Shown here piece after piece: positions 59,666-64,000 of a DNA stretch of 64,000 nt. The notes under the pieces are model-generated. The model ran no database searches and was not told the DNA's origin. It saw only the letters and a list, made by a program, of their open reading frames with translations. A program made the position numbers and the translations under genes. Each line of letters opens with the position of its first letter. The stretch's first letter is position 1. Source of the stretch: Gammaproteobacteria bacterium (GTDB lineage Bacteria; Pseudomonadota; Gammaproteobacteria; G965277405); NCBI GenBank assembly GCA_965277405.1, contig OZ255726.1:160001-224000 (forward strand), given 5' to 3'.

Positions 59666-61207
59666 ATGAAAGTCAATATTCGGTTAGGAACTAACATTGC
59701 AGTTGCTGCCTTGGCGGTTTTGACTGGCAATGTTTTTGCAGCAGGGATTTTGCGTTACGCGACGGTTGGTGAACCGCCCAGCCTTGATCAACAGGTGACC
59801 ACATCTGATCTGTCTACCACAATTGCGCAGCATATTTTTGAAGGTCTGTATACTTTTAATGCGTCTAATTCTCCAATCCCTTTGCTCGCTGCGGGCGAAA
59901 CGATATCTAATGATGGCAAAACGATTGTTATCGCGTTGCGTGAAGGTGTAAAATTTCATAACGGCGTAGAAATGACCGCTGCTGATGTTGTCGCTTCGCT
60001 GGTGCGCTGGGGCGAGTATGGTGCGCGCGGTAGCCTGTTGTTTGGGAATGTTGAGGGCGTGGAAGCAACTGGAAAGTATCAAGTTACCATTAATCTTCCT
60101 AAGGCATTTGGTCCTTGGAAGAACCTGATGGCCTTTATCAACGGCGGTCCAGCAATCTATCCTGCTTCCGTGGTAACAGGTGCTAGCAAAAAACCTATTG
60201 CACCTGAAAATTATATCGGAACAGGTCCCTACAAGTTTAGTGTTTGGGAGCCAAACCGTAAGATAGAGTTGGTTAAATTTGATGAATATAGCTCCCCAGA
60301 TGGTAAAGCTGATGGGTACGGCGGTGTGCGCACCGCTGAGTTTGACGTCCTAGACTTTATACCAGTGCCAAATGTCGGTACCCGCGTTGCAGGAGTTCGC
60401 GCAGGTGATTATGACTATGCTGAAAGCATTCCTGGCGATCTTTTTGAGGAACTTAACAATGATGAGAACGTTACCACCATTCTCAACGGTGGTCCGATCT
60501 TTGGTCTAGTGTTTATGAATTCCAAGCATGGGCCGCTTAAAGATAACTATGCCCTGCGCCTCGCTATTCAGACGGCGATTGACAAAACACCAGCACTTCA
60601 GGTTGCCATTGGTCCTGCAGGACTGTGGCGTGCAAATGGATCGTTCATGCCTGCAGGTAATGTCTGGTATACAGACTCTGGTGTGGATAATTATAGTAAA
60701 GGCGATGCAGAAGCCGCCGAAACTATGGCAGAAAAAGCTGGCTATAAAGGAGAACCCATCAAGTTCATGGTCTCTACCAACTATCAATTCCACTATGACA
60801 CGGCCGTCGTTTATACCAAACAGCTGCAGCAGGCAGGCTTTAACATTGATCTGCAAGTCTATGACTGGGCGACTTTGATTGAAAAACGCGCACAGCCTGA
60901 CCAGTGGGATATGTTCTTTACCCATCATGGTTTCGTTCCTGATCCAATCTTGATTTCAGTGATGAACAATACTTATCCAGGCTGGTGGGCCACCCCAGAA
61001 AAGGCAGCGTTGAAAGCAAAGTTCACTGCAAGTTCCGACCCTGCGCAACGCCTGCAGATATGGTCTGAAATTCAGGCGCTGATCTATGCACAGGTTCCAG
61101 CGATGAAAACTGGTGATGTCTATACTTATAATATAGCATCCCCAGCACTCAAAGGCTTGGGTGACGCGACGCTCATCTGGCCAGCGTTTTGGAACGTGAG
61201 CAAATAA
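59666..61207 (+). CDS. Peptide/nickel ABC substrate-binding protein (family 5)
   Basis: Signal peptide, GEPPSLD, LREGVKFHNG, IGTGPYKF. Confidence 0.92.
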   Translation: MKVNIRLGTNIAVAALAVLTGNVFAAGILRYATVGEPPSLDQQVTTSDLSTTIAQHIFEGLYTFNASNSPIPLLAAGETISNDGKTIVIALREGVKFHNGVEMTAADVVASLVRWGEYGARGSLLFGNVEGVEATGKYQVTINLPKAFGPWKNLMAFINGGPAIYPASVVTGASKKPIAPENYIGTGPYKFSVWEPNRKIELVKFDEYSSPDGKADGYGGVRTAEFDVLDFIPVPNVGTRVAGVRAGDYDYAESIPGDLFEELNNDENVTTILNGGPIFGLVFMNSKHGPLKDNYALRLAIQTAIDKTPALQVAIGPAGLWRANGSFMPAGNVWYTDSGVDNYSKGDAEAAETMAEKAGYKGEPIKFMVSTNYQFHYDTAVVYTKQLQQAGFNIDLQVYDWATLIEKRAQPDQWDMFFTHHGFVPDPILISVMNNTYPGWWATPEKAALKAKFTASSDPAQRLQIWSEIQALIYAQVPAMKTGDVYTYNIASPALKGLGDATLIWPAFWNVSK

Positions 61208-61215
61208 GTTTCTCC

Positions 61216-61244
61216 CAAATTCCCGCCGCTGTGGTGGGAATTTG
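61216..61244 (+). terminator. Intercistronic hairpin after SBP (stabiliser/attenuator)
   Basis: CAAATTCCCGCC-loop-GGTGGGAATTTG; no long U tract. Confidence 0.5.
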
Positions 61245-61268
61245 CTGGCAGCAACATTATGGACGTAT

Positions 61269-62216
61269 ATGTTTGGCTACACCCTCAAACGTCTCTTAGC
61301 GTTGATCCCTACATTGCTCGCGGCGTCAGTTCTGGTATTTCTTTTTATCCACCTTATTCCTGGAGATCCAGCAGCTATTCTGCTTGGTGACAGCGCTACT
61401 CCTGAACAGGTGGCGCAGCTCACCACCGAATTGGGGCTTGATCAGCCGCTGATTGCGCAGTATTTCTATTGGATGAGTAACGTGCTGCAGGGAGATTTGG
61501 GTAACTCTCTTTTCTTTGGTGAGCCAGTTGTTCGCGTTATTGGTCAGGGTGCTGAAACCTCGCTGTTGCTGGCTTCGATGTCCATGTTTTGGATCATCGT
61601 CATCGGCATTCCTGTTGGCGTGCTATCTGCTAGCTACAAAGGGAAATGGATAGATAATCTGACATCAGGCGCTGCCATGCTGTTTGCCTCCATTCCAACC
61701 TTTTGGCTTGGGCTGTATCTTATTTTAATTTTTGCTGTCTGGCTTGGTTGGCTGCCAAGTTCTGGTTTCCCAGCCATTGATAGTCTCGCGGATATTGGTA
61801 ATCTCCGCTATCTGCTGTTGCCAAGTTTGACCCTTGCCGCACCAAATGCGGCGCTGATTGTGCGCCTCGTTCGTGCTTCCATGCTTGATGTGTCCCGTGA
61901 GGACTATGTTCGCACTGCCCGCGCCAAGGGATTGCATCCTGTTAACGTTGCCATAAAACACGTGTTTCGCAATGCCTTGATTGCGGTTACCGCGGCATTC
62001 GGGTTTACCTTTGCAGCGCTTGTGTCTGAAGCGGTGGTGACGGAAACCGTTTTTGCGTTGCCAGGCGTTGGTCGACTGGTCATCCAGTCCATTTTGCGAC
62101 GCGACTATCCGGTTATTCAAGGTGTCATTCTAGTGATCGTCATACTCTACTCTTGTATCAACTTATTGGTGGACCTTACATATGCCCGCCTTGATCCTCG
62201 GGTGTCGTTGCAATGA
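61269..62216 (+). CDS. Peptide ABC permease (DppB-like)
   Basis: IPGDPA, GDLGNS, DYVRTARAKGL, TETVFALPGVG, RRDYPVIQG. Confidence 0.92.
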   Translation: MFGYTLKRLLALIPTLLAASVLVFLFIHLIPGDPAAILLGDSATPEQVAQLTTELGLDQPLIAQYFYWMSNVLQGDLGNSLFFGEPVVRVIGQGAETSLLLASMSMFWIIVIGIPVGVLSASYKGKWIDNLTSGAAMLFASIPTFWLGLYLILIFAVWLGWLPSSGFPAIDSLADIGNLRYLLLPSLTLAAPNAALIVRLVRASMLDVSREDYVRTARAKGLHPVNVAIKHVFRNALIAVTAAFGFTFAALVSEAVVTETVFALPGVGRLVIQSILRRDYPVIQGVILVIVILYSCINLLVDLTYARLDPRVSLQ

Positions 62217-63064
62217 ATATTGTGCAACAATTTCAGGTCATTTTCGCTGGAAGACGGCTGGCAGCAGTTGGTTTTTTTTGGCTGTGTCTTGTCCTTGCTG
62301 TTGCAATCTTTGCACCGCTGGTTGCGCCGTTCTATCCGTATAACATCAATCCGATTGTGCGCCTGACCGAACCTGGTTGGCTACATTTATTCGGTACCGA
62401 CCATTTTGGGCGCGATACGTTTTCACGCGCTGTGTATGGCGCACGTATGACGGTAATTATTGGGGTGGGCAGCGTTGTCGTTGCCCTGCTGACCGGTGGG
62501 TTGATTGGCATGCTGTCAGCCTATTTTACCCGACTTGGTCATGTCCTTATGCGTGGTATTGATGTGCTGATGGCTTTTCCTGCTTTGCTGATGGCACTGG
62601 TGCTGATCACGCTGCTTGAGCGTAGCGTTGTCAATGCTATCATCGTCATCGGCATTGTTTACGCTACTACGACGGCGCGTATTCTTTTTGGAATGACGTT
62701 AAAACTTAAGGGCGAAGTGTTTGTTAATGCTGCGGTGGTTGCTGGTGCTGGGCACCCGTCCATTTTGTTTCGACACATTCTTCCCAATTTATTGTCGCCT
62801 CTATTGGTGCAGGCGAGTTTCATTTTTGCTTTTTCCCAGTTACAGGCAGCAGCGCTAGATTTTCTCGGGCTTGGCCTGCCTGCCGAAGTTGCGAGTTGGG
62901 GGAATATGCTTGCTGAAGAACGGATTTATATAACCCGTGCGCCCTGGCTGTTACTGTTTCCTGGTGCGCTGATTATTCTGACAGTCTTTGCTATGAATCT
63001 TGTCGGCGACGCTCTGCGCGACAGCATGGATCCTCGCTTCAAAGACGACATTGCAGGGGTTTAA
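62213..63064 (+). CDS. Peptide ABC permease (DppC-like)
   Basis: FGTDHFGRD, RHILPN, FLGLG...SWGNML, GDALRDSMDPR. Confidence 0.92.
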   Translation: MNIVQQFQVIFAGRRLAAVGFFWLCLVLAVAIFAPLVAPFYPYNINPIVRLTEPGWLHLFGTDHFGRDTFSRAVYGARMTVIIGVGSVVVALLTGGLIGMLSAYFTRLGHVLMRGIDVLMAFPALLMALVLITLLERSVVNAIIVIGIVYATTTARILFGMTLKLKGEVFVNAAVVAGAGHPSILFRHILPNLLSPLLVQASFIFAFSQLQAAALDFLGLGLPAEVASWGNMLAEERIYITRAPWLLLFPGALIILTVFAMNLVGDALRDSMDPRFKDDIAGV

Positions 63065-63068
63065 ACAC

Positions 63069-64000
63069 ATGGCCCTTCTTGAAGTTGAAGAACTTGAAAT
63101 TGCCGTTGCTAAATACGGTACTCTGATACTGGTCGTCCGCGGTATTTCGTTCAGCGTCGATGAACACGAGACCCAAGGTATTGTGGGCGAAAGTGGCTGT
63201 GGCAAAAGCCTTACCTCATTAGCGATAATGGGGCTGTTGGATGGCAGTGCAGTTCGTATTACTGGCGGGTCTATTCGCTTTGATGGGATAGATTTGCAAA
63301 GTCTGCTACCCAAGGCGCGCCGCGCCATCATGGGAAATCGGATGGCTATGATCTTTCAAGAACCAATGACTAGCCTCAATCCCGTCTATCGGATTGGCGA
63401 TCAGATCATGGAGAACTTGCGGCAATATCGCCAGATGTCCCGTAGGCAGACCCGTGATCGGGCAGTGGAATTGTTGGATCTGGTGCGCATTCCAGACCCT
63501 GACCTGCGTGTGGATAGCTTTCCACATCAGATGTCAGGCGGGCAGCTGCAGCGAGTAATGATTGCCATGGCATTATCCTGTGATCCACAACTAATTATCG
63601 CAGACGAACCGACGACAGCGCTTGATGTTACAGTTCAAAAAGAAGTTCTGCAGCTAATGGCGGACCTGCAAAAGGCGATGGGGACTGCCATCGTGCTGAT
63701 TTCGCACGACCTTGGGGTTATCGCTGCGACCTGCGACAAAGTAGCAGTTATGTATCTCGGCAAGGTCGTTGAAGCAGCACCGACTCGACAGTTGTTCACC
63801 AATCTGGCCCACCCTTATACCCGCGGGTTGCTCAATTCTATTCCAGTTGTTGATCGAGACATTGAATGGCTTGAGGCGATACCTGGTAGGGTGCCAACCA
63901 TTGATGAAGAAATATCTGGTTGCGCCTTCCATCCACGTTGCCCGCGTGTAAAAAAATGTTGTCGCCAAACTGAACCAGCGCAACAGGTTGTAGGTGTGGA
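63069..64000 (+). CDS. Peptide ABC ATP-binding protein (DppD/OppD-like), runs off window end
   Basis: Translated from ATG 63069: MALLEVEEL, GESGCGKS, MIFQEPMTSLNP, FPHQMSGGQ, ADEPTTALDV, HPYTRGLL, GCAFHPRC. Confidence 0.9.
   Translation, partial: MALLEVEELEIAVAKYGTLILVVRGISFSVDEHETQGIVGESGCGKSLTSLAIMGLLDGSAVRITGGSIRFDGIDLQSLLPKARRAIMGNRMAMIFQEPMTSLNPVYRIGDQIMENLRQYRQMSRRQTRDRAVELLDLVRIPDPDLRVDSFPHQMSGGQLQRVMIAMALSCDPQLIIADEPTTALDVTVQKEVLQLMADLQKAMGTAIVLISHDLGVIAATCDKVAVMYLGKVVEAAPTRQLFTNLAHPYTRGLLNSIPVVDRDIEWLEAIPGRVPTIDEEISGCAFHPRCPRVKKCCRQTEPAQQVVGV

Overview
Chromosomal window from a moderately AT-rich gammaproteobacterium-like genome showing signs of active erosion. Housekeeping genes include envC-like, dksA, dapE, panB, psd, serC, folD, coaE, hemW, degP-like, argE, glmU, aat, gltD, fbp, rpoD and metG, plus tRNA-Arg(TCT) and tRNA-Ile2(CAT). 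Among them lie three ABC importer clusters, a phoX phosphatase, an orphan N6-adenine methyltransferase, a Fic protein and a Phd/YefM-RelE toxin-antitoxin pair. The dominant unannotated structure is a ~280-320 bp non-coding MITE with about 17 full or partial copies. It shares its terminal inverted repeats (GGAAGCTCTGATTAAG) with a frameshifted IS5-family element in the window and folds into a long hairpin with a variable 9-bp repeat in the loop. It inserts at or near stop codons, supplies new C-termini to dapE and coaE, and marks deletions of panC and a probable restriction endonuclease. A second notable structure is a duplicated desaturase/Pho-box-promoter/phoX segment that decayed reciprocally. 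It left an in-frame 'mini-phoX' leader ORF in front of an organophosphate-type ABC operon. Pseudogenes (panC, fae-like, GtrA/GT2, IS1106-like) and many short tandem duplications suggest a host-associated, reducing genome (inference). All calls were made by eye from motifs, without database searches.
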